From contig OZ176053.1 in the NCBI GenBank assembly GCA_964247055.1, positions 6,882,001 through 6,946,000 of the forward strand: 64,000 nt of DNA. Reading direction: 5' to 3'. Made by a program: the position numbers and the translations under genes. The notes under the pieces were generated by a model. It saw nothing but the letters and a program-made list of their open reading frames with translations, was not told the DNA's origin and did no database searches. Below, piece after piece: positions 38,561-53,500 of this stretch (position 1 is the stretch's first letter; every line of letters begins with the position of its first letter). Source of the DNA: Paragordius varius. Lineage: Eukaryota; Animalia; Nematomorpha.

Positions 38561-40684
38561 TCAACTACCTAAAATTTGCCGCAATCGCAATTCTTTCTTG
38601 TGAGGAACATTATGCCAATTCATAGGGACAGCTAAATCGATATAGTTTTTCCACCAATTATTTCCCTTGTGTTTTGAGATGGTTGCCAGATTAATCGAGT
38701 TACTCTTTTTATTATTCAAAATTATTGAAGTATCTACGAAAATTGGAGAACGTTTGATAGTCATATTTAATTCATTTACATATTTTTTTGATTGTCTGTT
38801 AAAGGCACGATTCTTGTATGGAGTTTTCGGCACGGATGAGTGTAAATTATGAGAGGGCATTAGGTTTTCATGTATCAAAAAATTTAATTTGCGGCGACAT
38901 CGGAAATTTCGCCTGTGCTTTTTGAAATCTAATATACATGTATATTCTAATATAGGTACATAATTTCATGCAACAGTGGACTAGCAACTCTTTTTTAAAA
39001 AATTAGAGAAATGATTAAAAAAGACAGATAAAACATAGCAAATCGGACAATGAAAATGTGCGTTTTGGGAAACTTAAATTTTAAAATTAAGTAAATGATG
39101 AGCTAAATAGCGAAGAATTGGGGGTAAACTCCACATTTAAATGCAAAAAATATGCGCCAAACAGCTGTTTTTAGGTATTTGGGCTATAAATTTTAAAAGA
39201 TTCTTTAAAATGCACCAAAGAGATGTGCAGAAAGTTATTGATTAACTGTACAAATAATTTTTAATTTCTAAATTAATTCTTTAACCACATACGCCACAGT
39301 TAAAATTAAAAATTATTTGCTAAAACGTTTGTGTCTAATCAAATTTATCTTGATTGGGCATGGCGAAATTTCGTTATATTTTTTAGTTCTCCTGTGTCTC
39401 ATAAAAAGGCTTGGCGTAAAATTTATATTATAAGTTCTGTTCTAGATAATAAATGTTAAGTTAAAACCATATATCTAGTTATAATTTTTTAATTTTGCTG
39501 ATAAAATCTAAGTTAGTAGGATCGCGGCTGAATATATGACCTGCTTTTACAGGATATGCCATAAATGTAACCTAAAAAAACTTACGAAAACAAAAATACG
39601 GTTCGCAATAAACTACTGGGTGTTTCGAAATTGTTCTTATTATATTAAATATAAAATTTTGTTTCAGCGTTTTACATCATACAATTGAAATATCAAAAAT
39701 CGGCTGCTTGGCGTATTTTAATTTTTTGCATTTATTTCTCTTATGTGATGTTTAAGCACCCATAACTTCGTATTTTAGAGGGATATCCTTCACTTTATCC
39801 AAAATATTTAAAACCTAAAATGTGGGCCTAAATTTTGACACTAGTTAGATTTAAGCAAGAGTTTGATTTTGAATTAACAAGTAAACAATCTATGGCGAAT
39901 AGATTTTAATAATGAGAATAATTACATTAGAATATAAATGATTTTTTTAGTAAACATAGTAAAATTTGAAATATTTTTAAAAAGTTTGAGGTGTATCACA
40001 TAATAGTAGTTTTATGTCTCTAATATTAAAAATATTGGACATTTAAAAATATAATTAGTTCACTAATTGCGATCATTAAGAATTATCAGATAAGCAATTT
40101 TTAATAATTACGGATTACAATTAAAATATCGATATTATAATAATCTACACAAATAAATGATGGCACAACTTATACCAAGGAAAAGTACCTAATAAAATAC
40201 AAAGAAGGCTTTGACTGATTTTGTAATATAATGAATAACATGGGATCTGAATCCAATTATTTTTAACATAAATCTATATATTCCAAACTAAAAAAAATAT
40301 TATACATGCTAAAATTTTATCCGATTGTTTGTATTTGGTGTATATTGTTCTTTCTATTAATCTCTTCACTCTCCGACGAATCCAAGAATGACGTTGAACC
40401 GCGGGATATAATTTTGGTATTGGGAATTGAAAATGCTGTTGTAAACTTGAAATCAAGGGTTCATCATCAATAAAATTATTGTTAATGTTTTTGTCATTGG
40501 AGCTATTTGAATTATTAATGATATTGGCTGTTTGATCTATACAATAAATTTGTTTGTTGTCGTCAGACATTTTGGATTTTATATTCTGGAAACGATTAAT
40601 GCTATTATCACAACCATTAGATTTTGATTCAATTTTAGGTGCATTTGGGATTTTGTCAAAACATAAACGACGCTTAGAGCTCAT
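38561..40684 (-). CDS. Uncharacterised, probably multi-exon protein
   Basis: Exon 40684-40306 (MSSKRRLCFD...WIRRRVKRLIERTIY...KILA) joins in phase 1 to exon 38928-38569 (YFKKHRRNFRCRRKLNFLIHEN...ELRLRQIL). The downstream exon is unresolved and no family was recognised. Confidence 0.5.
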
Positions 40685-43019
40685 ATGTATGTGTTGGAAG
40701 CGATAAAATTTGTCTTGAATTTTTGTATAAAAAATTTAAAAAAATATTAAATAAAATGATATCAATTGCTGTTATACTAAATTAGATTGTGCATACGTTG
40801 TACAGTTATTTTTATATTGGATATTTTAAGCAAAAAATGCAAGATTATAAGAAAATGAGTTCATGCAATCTGCAATTTAGCCACCGTGCATATTTTACGT
40901 TATCTTATTGTATTTAAATATAATTATTTTATTAATAAACACCACACGTAAAAAAATTAAGATATCAAATTTTGAAACGGTTTAAACATTTTTAAAACAG
41001 TTAGTTATTCAGCAAATCTCAATTTTTAACCGAACAGTTTTGTTAGTTTTTTTTGATAAGGTTTATTTTAAGTTTTCTTAAAATAATAGGTATTTTACAG
41101 TTTTAAACATGTTTATAATGAAAATTACCATATAATTTAATTTTTTAATGGTAATCCTAATGCGCATATAAATCATATTATTGTATTAGCCTCATATCAT
41201 TCCATATGTCAGTAGAAAGAGCAAATATTTTTTTCTGGATCAAGTGTTTTATATATCATTTTTGTTCCAAAAATCAAGGGTGCAAGACTTTCTTTGTTTT
41301 TTGGCTTGTGGTTTTTTAACAATAAATAATATTATAATATCGTATGAACTTTAACGCATATAATGATGTAATTGATTTTGATAATTTATCATTCAGTTTA
41401 ATGCCAAATATTCCAATATTATAAAAATTTGAGACAGAATCAAATCCCTTCAGAGTACAGTACATATGAATGTAAAAATAAAAAACATTTATGCTACCGT
41501 ATTTATCCAAAATCAATAGACATCTTATTTTTTATTTATATTTTTATTATAAAATTATTCGCTATTGGTACTCATCCTTTCAATTTTAGGCTTAAAATAA
41601 AATAATCATATTATAATTATGAACGCTGGAATGTGAACTTTTGCAATATTATCCATCAACGATATAAAAATATATTAAAATCAATCCGAAAGTACATTGA
41701 AAAACAGTACAGAGTACAAATCGCATTAGAATGTCTGATACAGATTTTAAATAAATGAAAATATTTATCCATTTAAGACATATAAATAAATTTAAGTCCA
41801 CATTAAATATCATATTAGTCTATGATTTTTTTGGCTAAAATTATCCAGTTGTTTTTTGGATTTTGTTTAGACTTGTCCAAATTTTATAAATTTTCCTTCA
41901 TTCTATACCAGTTCATTGCATTCTGTGGTGCTTTTAGTGGCAAAACAAATAGTTTTGCAGAGTTATAATTTAATCGACAAACGAACCTATATCAAGTAGA
42001 GATATATATTTATAATATCTAATAGTTTTCTAAAATTAAACGGGATTTATATATTATCAAATGAAAAATTAACTTTTTACGACTAAATTTATACTATATT
42101 TTAATTTTTTGTACATAGCTTAGGTTTTAATTATATTCTTATTTTTCACTTTTGTGTCCTAGTTTACATATTGTGGTAATTTTTCCCAGAGCTCGTAAAT
42201 AAACTACAGTTTTGAAAGTCATTTTAGTTAAAATTTAATTATCAAACATGTTCTCATGTATAAGATAAAAAGGCTTATATCTTTTACAGTTTTGTGACTT
42301 CTAGTTATTAAATTGGGAAAGCTCCAAAAAACGATCAAAATTTACAGTTGATATTTAAATCCAAATATATAAATTTTTGCAATTTAGAAGCTTTTTTAAG
42401 TTAATTATCTACATTTGTATATATTTTATTTGTCTATTGCATTAACGATTTAAAACAATTTATTGAAAAAGGGCGGCAAAATAGTTGTAGATGAGGATTT
42501 TTTTACAATATTGCATTGTTAAAAATTGTATAATGAGCCTAAAAGGGTAAAGAAAGCATATATATAAATTCAGCTCAATACATTCAATACTTTTTAAGAT
42601 ATTCTTTCAAATCGTGGGATGTAAAAGTGTTACCATGTATGCAAGACACATTTTAAATCCAATATTAAATTTGAAAATTATATGGTTTAGTTTAAGAAGT
42701 TTTTTATGTTTTTTGACCCTAAGTAATTTAAAGCCAAAAATATTTTGAAAGATAGGTTATATATAAATGTAGCAATTAACTTTCTTTATAACTTTAAGAT
42801 CTAAAATCGCCAGTTATAAATTTTAAAAACTTGACCATTTATAAAATTCCATCTATTTTAATAGACCCCCGCAATACCCTGATGAAATATATGTAATCCA
42901 ATATAAATGTATCAGGATTCTCTGGTTCTTTTTAGGCTCTACGATTTTAAAAAAATTATTTAACTTTGTAAACAATAGAATTGAAATACTAGCTAAGACA
43001 GATAATAATTCAGAAAACA

Positions 43020-44770
43020 TGGAATAATATTAAAACATTTCACGTGAGTCAAAAATCTTTACCAAAGAAAAAACCGTCATATAAAAAGGGTTATCAGATG
43101 ACTGTATAAAAATAATTTAAGAAAGAAAAGAAGAGCTAAGAATAGAGGGGAATAAATATGGTTAAAAAAATAAAATTCCTGACTCCAAAGACAAAAAAGG
43201 AAGGACCTGGAGGAATATTGGAATGAACAATGCACGATTATTGAGGAAGCAAACAGAAAAGGCTTAAGTATACCTCTGTTTCAAACCATCAGAAGAGTAA
43301 GAAATCAATACCAACTTCCAAACATTAAAATTAAGGATGATGAAGGAGATCTTGACGACGGAAATAGATGTAAAACAAAGATGGGAACAATACACCAAAG
43401 AGCTATATAGTGCAGACCCAGGTGCAAACGATAGACAATATGGGGATGGGGAGGATGAGTTATGTATATTGGAAGCAGATGTGGTAAAAGCCTTATAATC
43501 GATATCAATAAGGAAAGACTCTGGAATATATAATATTCCCTTGGAATTAATAAGAGATATACCTACCGATGTTAGTTATACATAGATTGTGTCAGGAAGT
43601 ATGGGAGTCAGGTAATTGGCCAAATGACTGGCAAACTTCACTGTTTATCCCAGTCTCTTAAAAGGAGATAAATCTAATTGCGAGAACTATATAAACATTA
43701 CTCTCATTAGTCATGTAAGCAAAGTTTTAAATTATCCAGAACAAATTACATCAAGTGATAGCCAGCAGATGTTCAAGCAGATTTGAAAGGGCGTAGCACA
43801 AGAGATCACATCTCTAACGTGAGACGCCTAATTGAAACATGTAAAGAATATCAATTGTGGTTAGTAAATGTTGTATTGATTATACCCTGCCTTTTGACTC
43901 GATCAACCATGTACATTTAGGGCAAAGTTTGGAAGCAATCAGAGTTACAGCAAAGCTTACCTTGCTCAAAAATTATATGAACACAAAAAAGTCATAATAA
44001 ACCCCGGCGGGCAGAACCAAAATTTCAATACAGAAAGGTGTTAGACAAGGATGTTGCCTCTCAACATACTTGTTTAATAATGGTTTAAAAATCATGAGAA
44101 AAGTAGATGAAGCTACTGAAAGCCTAAGGATAGGAGGGAAAAGTTTAACAATCTAAGATTTGCAGATGACACGACGCTGATCACAGATAATGTAGAAAGT
44201 TTAAAAATTATGATAAGGTTCTGCAAGAGAAGAAAGTAAATGATATATGGATTGAATCTAAATCCTAAGAAAACCAAAGTTATGAGTTTATTAAAAAACA
44301 AACCTAATATAACCATAGACGACACCCCAGTAGAGGTAGTAAATAAAATCCCATTCTTGGGCTCTCTAATAGATATCAACAGCTCCTCTACGTTCCGGTA
44401 GCGACTTATGCTGCCGAAAGTTGGACATTTAAACTGAATGATAAAAAAATGATTGCAGCATTCGAAATGTGGTGTTAGAGGAGAATGTCGAAAAGATGGT
44501 CTGACAAGGTTAAGAATGAATATGAGAAAGATGAAATATTTAGAGTCACTTAATGGGAGGTATAACAAAATGAAAGTTCACGTACATTGGGCAAGAAGTA
44601 CATCCCTTGAGAAGTTTGATTTTTGGGAAAGTTGAAGGAAAAAGAAAAATGTTTAGATGGCTAAAGAAAGAATCTGGTGGATGTATGAGATAATTGAAGG
44701 AAATAGCATGAAAAAGAGACAAGTGGAGAGAACTGGTTATATTTCCAACCTAAGGAATTACCTACCTACC
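43020..44770 (+). mobile_element. Heavily decayed RTE-type LINE
   Basis: Broken frames show LISHVSKVL, RKGVRQGCCLS, NNLRFADDTTLI, FLGS and AFEMWC; (CCTA)n tail near 44760. Confidence 0.75.
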
Positions 44771-47700
44771 AATTTTTCCATATCACTGCATTATTATAAT
44801 AAATAAAAATTTTAAAATCTAGATGCTTTATTAAAAATATCCTAAATATATTTCATAAATTACAAAAAAACAATACTTAAATAACTTTATATGGGATTCG
44901 CTCTAAAATCGGATTTTCTTAAACTAAACCTAAAAGGCTGAGATTGCGCGATTAATAACAAATATATGAATTGTGACATTAACAAACTTTTTTTAACTAA
45001 AATACATGCTTTGCTCAAAAAAATTGGCGTTTCGTTGATGAATTTGATTGTATTAAAAAATATGTTGGAAACGGTATAAAACACGTTAATGAAATACTTT
45101 TTATATAAAATTTAATAATGTGAACATTTGTATCACCTCAGGTTTTTGATATGAACATTTCATTTAGTTTAAATATATATGGATTTTTCACAATAATCTA
45201 GGCGGGAATTTTAGTACGACCAAACATAAAAATGTTTATATGCTTTAAGCGTATTTAAACCTTTTTTAAACAAGCTTCCAAATGCCATCAATTCATCAAA
45301 TCAAGGAAAGTATGCATTTTTTAAAAAATTGAATTTAGCATATAATATAAATTATTATCGCGCATTTCGGCATTTTGGCATTTCATTAAACATAGCCCAT
45401 TAAAGATGGGTTAAAATTGGAGACTTTCGGACCCACGTTTTAAGTTAAATATAATATTATTACTATTTATAAGCAAATATTTTTTAAGGATAATTTTTCA
45501 ATAAAATTTTAAGATTTTACGATATTATTTTACTTAACATAAGGTGGGCAATTTTGCGCTTAAAATGGAGCAATTAGCTGGGAAAATTAATTGTTTTTTA
45601 AATGACTTGTAATTAGGCAATAGTTTACAGATGGAGAAATCGGAACCTGTTAAATCAAATTCAATACTTTTGTCTCTGGTTTAACATATTTAAAAAAACA
45701 GTTGTGAACGAAATGATTCCGAGTTCAATGTTTTTCGGGTCAAACTAACTTTATGATAAGTTATATAGCTTCCAAATTTATTTATCCTTGCTATGCAAGT
45801 TAAAAATTGTTCATTATTATGAGATATATTATCACGCTAAAATCAAATAACTCAAAGAAATTAAATAAAATTGATCATTGTTGACAAAAAAATAAATACC
45901 AGGTGGGCATAAGAATATCTATCCTGTTTACTGTCAAATAATTTTTCATATAATGGGATAAATTAAAATTGTATAATAATAAAATGAATTTACAATACAA
46001 TGGCGTATATGTAAAATATTTTCAAACAAATATAAATTTGTTTGCTCACACCAGTTAAATCTAAAATAAACTTTTACAGTTTAATATACTTACAAAACAT
46101 AAATGCGTTAACCTAACGAAAGCATTTTTATGAATTTAGTAAGGAATAAGAAAAAACTTATATAACTGTTTGTAAACGAAAACAAAATAGGTTTGTAGAT
46201 CACACTCATTACAAAGTAATTAAAAATGCGAAAAAGGGATCTATTTTATTAACCCCTATATATGGTAAAATATTAAAAAGGTTATTTTACCTCACAAAAT
46301 AGGCTGGATCAAAGGATTTTTTTAAAAAATGCTTTTATTAATATATGAAATAATATAAAATGAAATTTAAAACTTTCTTTCTCCCATTTGTGAATGAGAA
46401 AGTCCGTCAACACTCTTCAAAAAATATTATTTTCTTTTAATTACTTTGTCCATTATGGCAATATCATGTCGTATATTTTAAGTATAATGACATTCAAGTC
46501 ATTTACCTAATATTGTTGTCATAAGGCATGGGAACATTTTAAGAACTAAATGACAAAATATGTAACAACCGAGCCATGATAAATATATGATAAAAATGCT
46601 AAAAAATTTAAATTTTATTTTTGGTATATATTTACGTTTGCGAATTTCGCTCGAGGTATAAATTTTTATTTTATTTATTTTAAAGTAACGGAATTTTTCG
46701 GAAAAAATGTTAAAAATATGAAAATACTGGTAGAAAAAAATACAAAAAAAATTTAAAATATAATATTGTGGATACATTTAAAGTGAATAACCTATAAAAA
46801 AAGTTTTTATTGCGAACTTTTATAAATACAATCACATCTTTTTAATATATGGGCTTTTTTATCATGCTATTAATATGATATAAATAATGTTTGATTTTTT
46901 TCGAATAAACATAATAATTAGATAATTTATCTTTGTTTCATGTTGTTATGTTTTAATGAATAAGTAGAAGATTTTTAGCTTATAAAAATTCCAAAATTTA
47001 TCTATTTTTTAAAAAAAACATATTGTAAATATGATATATGCAATCTATCTTCTTAGTTTAAAAAAACTCTGGTATTCAAGATAACGGTAGGGGGAAAACA
47101 TTATGACCAATTATTCAAAGAGGTTATTCAACTGTTTTTTCCCAACATTTTCCGTTTATCTTGAATTAAATTTATTTAAATTATCTTATATAAATAATGC
47201 ATCAAATTTGACAGATATTTAAATTTATTTTAGAATATAAAAAGGTTTTATAGATTCTAGTTTGATGACACCCATAACCATTTGGTTCAATTTGTTTAAA
47301 CCATTTTGAAAATCTCTTTTAATATAGGTTTAACTAAAAATATAATATTTTTATTATCTAGAAATCAGTTAGTGAGATACTCTAAGTTTTCATATTATTT
47401 TCTATTAATTGAAAACTAGTTTTCTTTTAAAAAGTAGGAAGTTTTGGTTTAAAATTTATAGGTTGTCCAAATTTTTTATTATTTGCACTTTTGAATTATA
47501 AAAGCTAGACGTATATTTTAATTGACTTTTATATGGCAATGCGCGATCATAGAAGTTCACAATTAAAAAATTATCGCCAATATCTAATTTCAACAGATAA
47601 TTAACTTTAAGCATATTTAATTATATTACTAATCCAAGATAGGAACTTATAAAAATTTTATATTTGACTGGCATTTAATTACCTATTAAAATATTTATAT

Positions 47701-48680
47701 AGGATAAGTTTGCGGAGATATGAATGTATATTAGCTAAACGTTGGTGAAAATATTTTCCGTAAAACGTGTAGGCCCGATTTCTGATTCTTAGATAAAGGC
47801 GCTTAGAGTGACCATCCATCTTTTTATATTTTTCAAGGCCTGAAGCGGAAAAGATGTGGGCTCATCCATATCCAATGAACGAAATTTTTAAATAAGAATG
47901 CGCCTAACATAGTCGAGCTACTTTATTAAACTTGCCTCTCCTCTTTCATTAAATTACGTTTGTTCAAAAATTGAATTTTTTAAAACCAATTTTACAGAAA
48001 TCGTATCAAAACATATAAAATCGGTAATGTTCATTAGAATTGGTTTTAAAGAAAATATGTTTGAGCGCTTTACAAGATTAAAGCATAGGTTTTATCGTGA
48101 AATTAATAGCACGGGGTGTAATCACCTCATTCAATACACCGATCATAAGGTTTTTGAATTCACTTCTATGTTAAGCCCCACCCGTAAAATCATTTGTAAA
48201 AAATCTGCATGCATCGTTAGTCGCATAAAAATAATCGCTCACACGTTAACATGGGTGTTAATTTTGGCACTTAGGGGTAATTAAAAAAACTATTTACACT
48301 TTTGTGGTATCTGCTTTATATCCAAAAATGGCAAAATTTGTACACATTTTTTAAATAAAATTTCGTGTATCCCCGAAAAATATAACTAAAATATATCATA
48401 AAATACATATAAAAGCAAAACAATATTTTTTAAATATTTTAATTTTTAGATATGGGCTCCGAAAGTCCCATTTTTAAAATGGGCCAGTTTTCTTAAAATA
48501 AACGCAAAAATACTGAGATTAGATGATATTTAAATATACGCTAAATTCTAATAGCAACTCAAATTAGGAAAAAATAGTTTTATGAAAAGCTTAATAACAG
48601 AATTTTATAGAAGCCCACTTTATACTATTCTGAGCCACGATAGAAACGATATAAAAACGTTTAGAGATATATAATAATAA

Positions 48681-48868
48681 CACTTTATTTATAAAATTCC
48701 ATAATTGTTGAACATTTCAATCACCTCAGAGTTTTAATTTAAAATAATTGGTTATTAAATCTATCTTAAAAAAATTATGTATATCTCACAAATATTTAAA
48801 ACAAACGAACCTTTAAATTAAAACTCTGAAGTGATAAAAAAGCATCGCCAACCTATATAAAAAAGTGT
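48681..48868. repeat. Small inverted-repeat (MITE-like) element
   Basis: CACTTT...AAAGTG ends, plus internal inverted pair ATCACCTCAGAGTTTTAATTT / AAATTAAAACTCTGAAGTGAT. Confidence 0.5.
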
Positions 48869-50278
48869 TAATAAAAGCGTATCTATATCTTCTCCATAAT
48901 GCTTCAAAATAGAGTTAAGTACACTCAACAAAATTCTACTAAAAATTTTAACCTATATTTAATTTTTTGATCGTACAATCTCAGCATTTTTTTATTTTAA
49001 GAAAACTACATTTAAATGTTTGAGACTTTCGGAGCCCATGTTTAATAATTTTTTTAACATATTTATTTTTGGATTTACAGCTTTCACCAAAAAAAATTTA
49101 TATAAAAAATGTGCTCATGCTATTTTTTTATATAGATTATATAACAAAAAAGCATTAATAACTTTCTTAAGTCACTAGTAATGGCCAAAAACTTAAGTAT
49201 TATGATTATCCTGATATATATGCTATCAGAAAATGTATTTCATGAGGATATTTTTTACACCCCCTGATTTTAAAACGTAGTGTTTACATCGTATATTTTA
49301 GTGATATTTTTAGGAATAATATAATTAGTTTTCATTAAAATATTCACAAACATAATAGGCTCTAAATTTGCATTTTACGATACCGAAAGATTACCTCAAA
49401 AGTGCAAATAACATTTTCATAAGCCTGACCAAAAGCAACCTGATAATGATTTATTTATCATGATATTATAATTCATGAAGATATTTTTATACCCCCCAGT
49501 AATGAAATATTGGGCTAATTTTATACATTCTACTATTAGGCGCATGTTATTGTGATGTTATTGTTATTTAAATAATCATTGATTTTATTTATAATAACGT
49601 GTCTTAAATCATAACACCAAACTTACTAAAAATCATTGAAATTTGTAAAATCAAAAGAATATTAATATTCTACTCACTATAGGCACCAAGCTACAGATTT
49701 CAAAGCCCGAAACTTATTTTAAACTGGTAGAGAGGTGTGTATTTACAAATAGTAAATCTTTTGTCTCAAATCATTACTTAGTCCTATTAGAAAAGATGAT
49801 ATCGCTGCAACTTTAAGAATAAATAATCCTAAGTCCGAATGATAATTATTAACGGAAGATTATAAATTTTTATCAAGCCCGTTAGTTATATTTACATCGG
49901 AGACCAATTTAAGTGTTCAAAGACCAACTTGAAGTATCCAAGGATTTTGAAGTATTCAAGGACACTCTTGAAGTGCAATGGTATATAGGACTGTAAAACT
50001 TACTTTATTTTAACATTTTTTTCTAGTTGATTGCCAAAATTTGGAAAGACTTCAGAAAGTTTGTTTACAAAATCAATTTCACTTAGATATCGTAAAATTT
50101 GTAACAAAATCTTCGGGGCCTCAGAAATAATTTAAAGAGCCGCATGCGGCCGCCGCGTGTTGACCGGCATTAAACAATTAAAATAAAGTGTAACTTTTTT
50201 AATTACATATATGTTAGATGTCATAATAAATAGACTTATTATATATAAGACTATATTTTTTAAACATGTGGTGGAATA

Positions 50279-50458
50279 TAAATGGGTCCGAAGTAGTTTG
50301 ATATGGAGTTTATTTTTTAAATTTTATTTTGTTTGCATATTTTGAGTTATTATATAAGTTTATTACGTTAGGCAAAATTTAAATTATTTTGTAGTTTTCT
50401 AATATCATTGTAAATATGGTCTATAGAGTCACTAGCTACCCCAATTTGAATCGAAATG
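50279..50458 (+). repeat. Dispersed repeat of about 180 bp, copy 1 (copy 2 at about 51740-51928)
   Basis: Both copies share CGAAGTAGTTTGATATGGA at the start and TACCCCAATTTGAATCGAA at the end. Confidence 0.65.
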
Positions 50459-50513
50459 AAAAATATGAATTGTTAAAAAACAGCAATATAACTTTTTTAC
50501 GGTAATATATCTT

Positions 50514-53500
50514 ATGCCTCTCTCAGCAGCACTGTTGGCCAAACTTTCAAAACGGGGAATAATTAAAGAAGGTTTATTTTAATTTTATGTTTTAGTTAAT
50601 CAAGAAGAAGTAATTGCAGAAAGCTATGATACAGAAGAGACAGGCGTTGATAGTAATCTTATTGTGCTTGGGTGCAAAAATCGTTGGAACCCGTATCACA
50701 AGTGTACAAAATTATGTCGGTATATATTTTAATTCGATAATACATAATATCTGATGACATGATCTTAAACCCCTTATAGCATCTAATTTTGATTTTTGCT
50801 GAACCCCCTTTCCCACACTTAAATCATTTAAATCTTGTGTACGTTAAGTTAACTCTTATTTTTTATTTTTAAATCACATTTTCATATATATTTTAAGGAC
50901 CTGCAATATTTTTTTGGTTATATTGTTATATTTTTATATCAAACTAAAATTTACCAATCGTAAATTTTTATTATATAACCAAAATTTAAAATACTAAATA
51001 TGTGTAGAAACGGAATCATTACCAATTTTTGGCTAAACAATTTTTATATTTAAAACCTATTTTTTTGGGCCGTTTTATAATCAAATATTTTCTCAAAATT
51101 TATTTCAATTAACATGTTGATAGAAAGTTGTGGGGAACTGGTAAAGAGGAAGATCCAGAAGACAAAAAACGACGCTTATATATGCTCAAAAAATACCCAC
51201 TGACTGAAGAATGGAAAGAAATATTCGACCCAATATCGTATTATTTTTTCTTCATTTATAGTGGCCGATTTTATTATTGGAACTGTGTTAATGATAAGGT
51301 TTCATGGTTAGTTCCAAATCATCCCAGAGCAAAGTTATCTATTTCAATAACGCAATTGTTTAAAGGTAACTATTTTTTTAGAAAAGTTTATATGAAATCT
51401 ATGTTTAAATAATTTTTTTAAAAAATGTTTTTCTATCGACCCTCAAATACTTTTCAGTAATACCAAATCACATCAGTACACATAATAGTTTGTCGTTAAC
51501 ACTTAAACACATTTTCAGTCTTTCAATTCAAATTGGAGTAGTGTGATACCCCACACCTGTTCAAAATTAAATATTTCAAAAAATATTAAAGGAATCGAAA
51601 CCAAAGCAAAAGTTTGCACTTAAAACTAAAAGAATCGAAATATAAAAAAATCAATAAAAATACTTGATATTACTTATTTTAAGGTCAAACCCAAAAATAA
51701 AATTTCAACATAAAGCTTTCCAATGCAATAAGGTTGTAAAATAAAAATGGCGTCGAAGTAGTTTGATATGGAATTTTTTTAAAAACTTAATTTTATTTAG
51801 ATATTTCGTCTTATTTATATAATTTTTATTAAGATAGAAGCATAAATTTAAGGACCTTTTTTTCAGTAGTTTCAAAAAATATCAACTTAAATATGGTCGG
51901 TATATAGATACCCCAATTTGAATCGAAGTGTTAGAGTAAATTATTTGTATAATCTACAGGCAAAATGTTTGTTGATGGGAGTTGAGAAACTTATTTAATA
52001 TTTCCATTTATTTATCTATTTAGCAAGTATTTCCTTTTCAAGTTTTTTGGCCATTTTCAAGCATCTTTCACTCATTTTGTTAGCTATCATTTTCTTTACT
52101 CTTTTTTTCACCATAATGTAAGCATATTTTCATTATCGTGTATAGATATTTTGCATTTTCAAAAAGCTTCCTTTTCTTAATAAAGGTTCAATATCGTTTT
52201 GCCACATTGGAATTTTGTTTTCGCACGTTTTCTTCCGCAAATTTTGGAAACGTTTGATTGAGAGAAGAGTGTTTTTTGGATGTTCCCAGCCGTCATTTAC
52301 GTTTTAGGTGAATGTTTTAGTTCAGATGTTATTTTGTTAATGTATTGACGCTTTATTATAGGATCACTAAGTTTAGCAACGTTAAAGTGAGGCAAATATT
52401 TAGGGCTAGGTCGGTTCTTAATTATTGTGTAAAAAGCAACTATTAGTTTATGTTGTGTATCATATTCATATGTTTTGATGTTTATAAGATTTCATTGTTG
52501 TTTATTCACTGACATCAAATCTATTTGAGATCTGTGCTTGCCAATTTTGGATGAATGTATTAGACTGGTTTTTTTGTAAATTTATTTTGCATATTAATAG
52601 GTCAGCACTGCATAGTTCTAGCACATTCCAATGTGCTCATTTGAAATCTCCGCCGATATAAATATATTATAAACATTTTTTGTAATCTGATAAAGCTGAT
52701 TCCAGAATTCCAATTTGGTAGTTTCATTTTGACCCTGTTGAGGGGTATAGATGGATAGTATATTGAGGATTGTATTATTAAGTGTCACTCGCATTTAGAT
52801 AATTCTCTCTATTACTTATATGTCATATATTTTTTTTATCTTATCGTTTATGGCTATGGTTACTTCCTGCTTTTCCTCCTTAATAATAAAGTGTGAAACC
52901 TTCATGTCGATAGTTACCTCCGTTTTTAAAACGTGTTTCTTGTAATCAATCAAGTCGTTGTTTGTCCAGCATGTGCTAGCTTCCAAATTCTTGAGCGAAA
53001 TAGCTTGCGATCGAGACAATCGTCTTTGTTCAGTTGAGTTAAGTGTAAGTCATTGCTGAGTGTTTTTTCCCAATCATGGTATGGTCTGCCTCGTTTTAAA
53101 TTGCCGTTCGGATGAAAGGATCTAATTTTGTTAATCCAACTATTTGAGCGTTCAATGTGACCCCAGTATCTGAGACGATTTGCTCTGAGAAAAGAAGACA
53201 TAGGTGCGATATGAAACAGATTATGTATGCTTTTATTATTATTTGGTTTATCATTGTGATACTGATTGGTGAGGCATGAGTTGAGGATTTTTCTTTCTAT
53301 GTCACATAATTTATTTTCATTAGTCTGGTTTAAGGGCCAACATTCGCTAGCATAGGTGAGGGCAGGGCGAATGGCAATCGTGTAGATTTTGCCCTTGTTT
53401 GGGTTTGAAATGTGTTTGTGTTTCATTATATACTTGAGTTGATGAAATTTGGCCCAAGCCTGATGTGACCGTGTTGTTATGGCGTTTTTAATATTCATAT

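Noticed and set aside
47750-48284. GC-elevated segment and 85-aa ORF
   Set aside because: No recognisable motif, splice chain or termini; probably old transposon debris.
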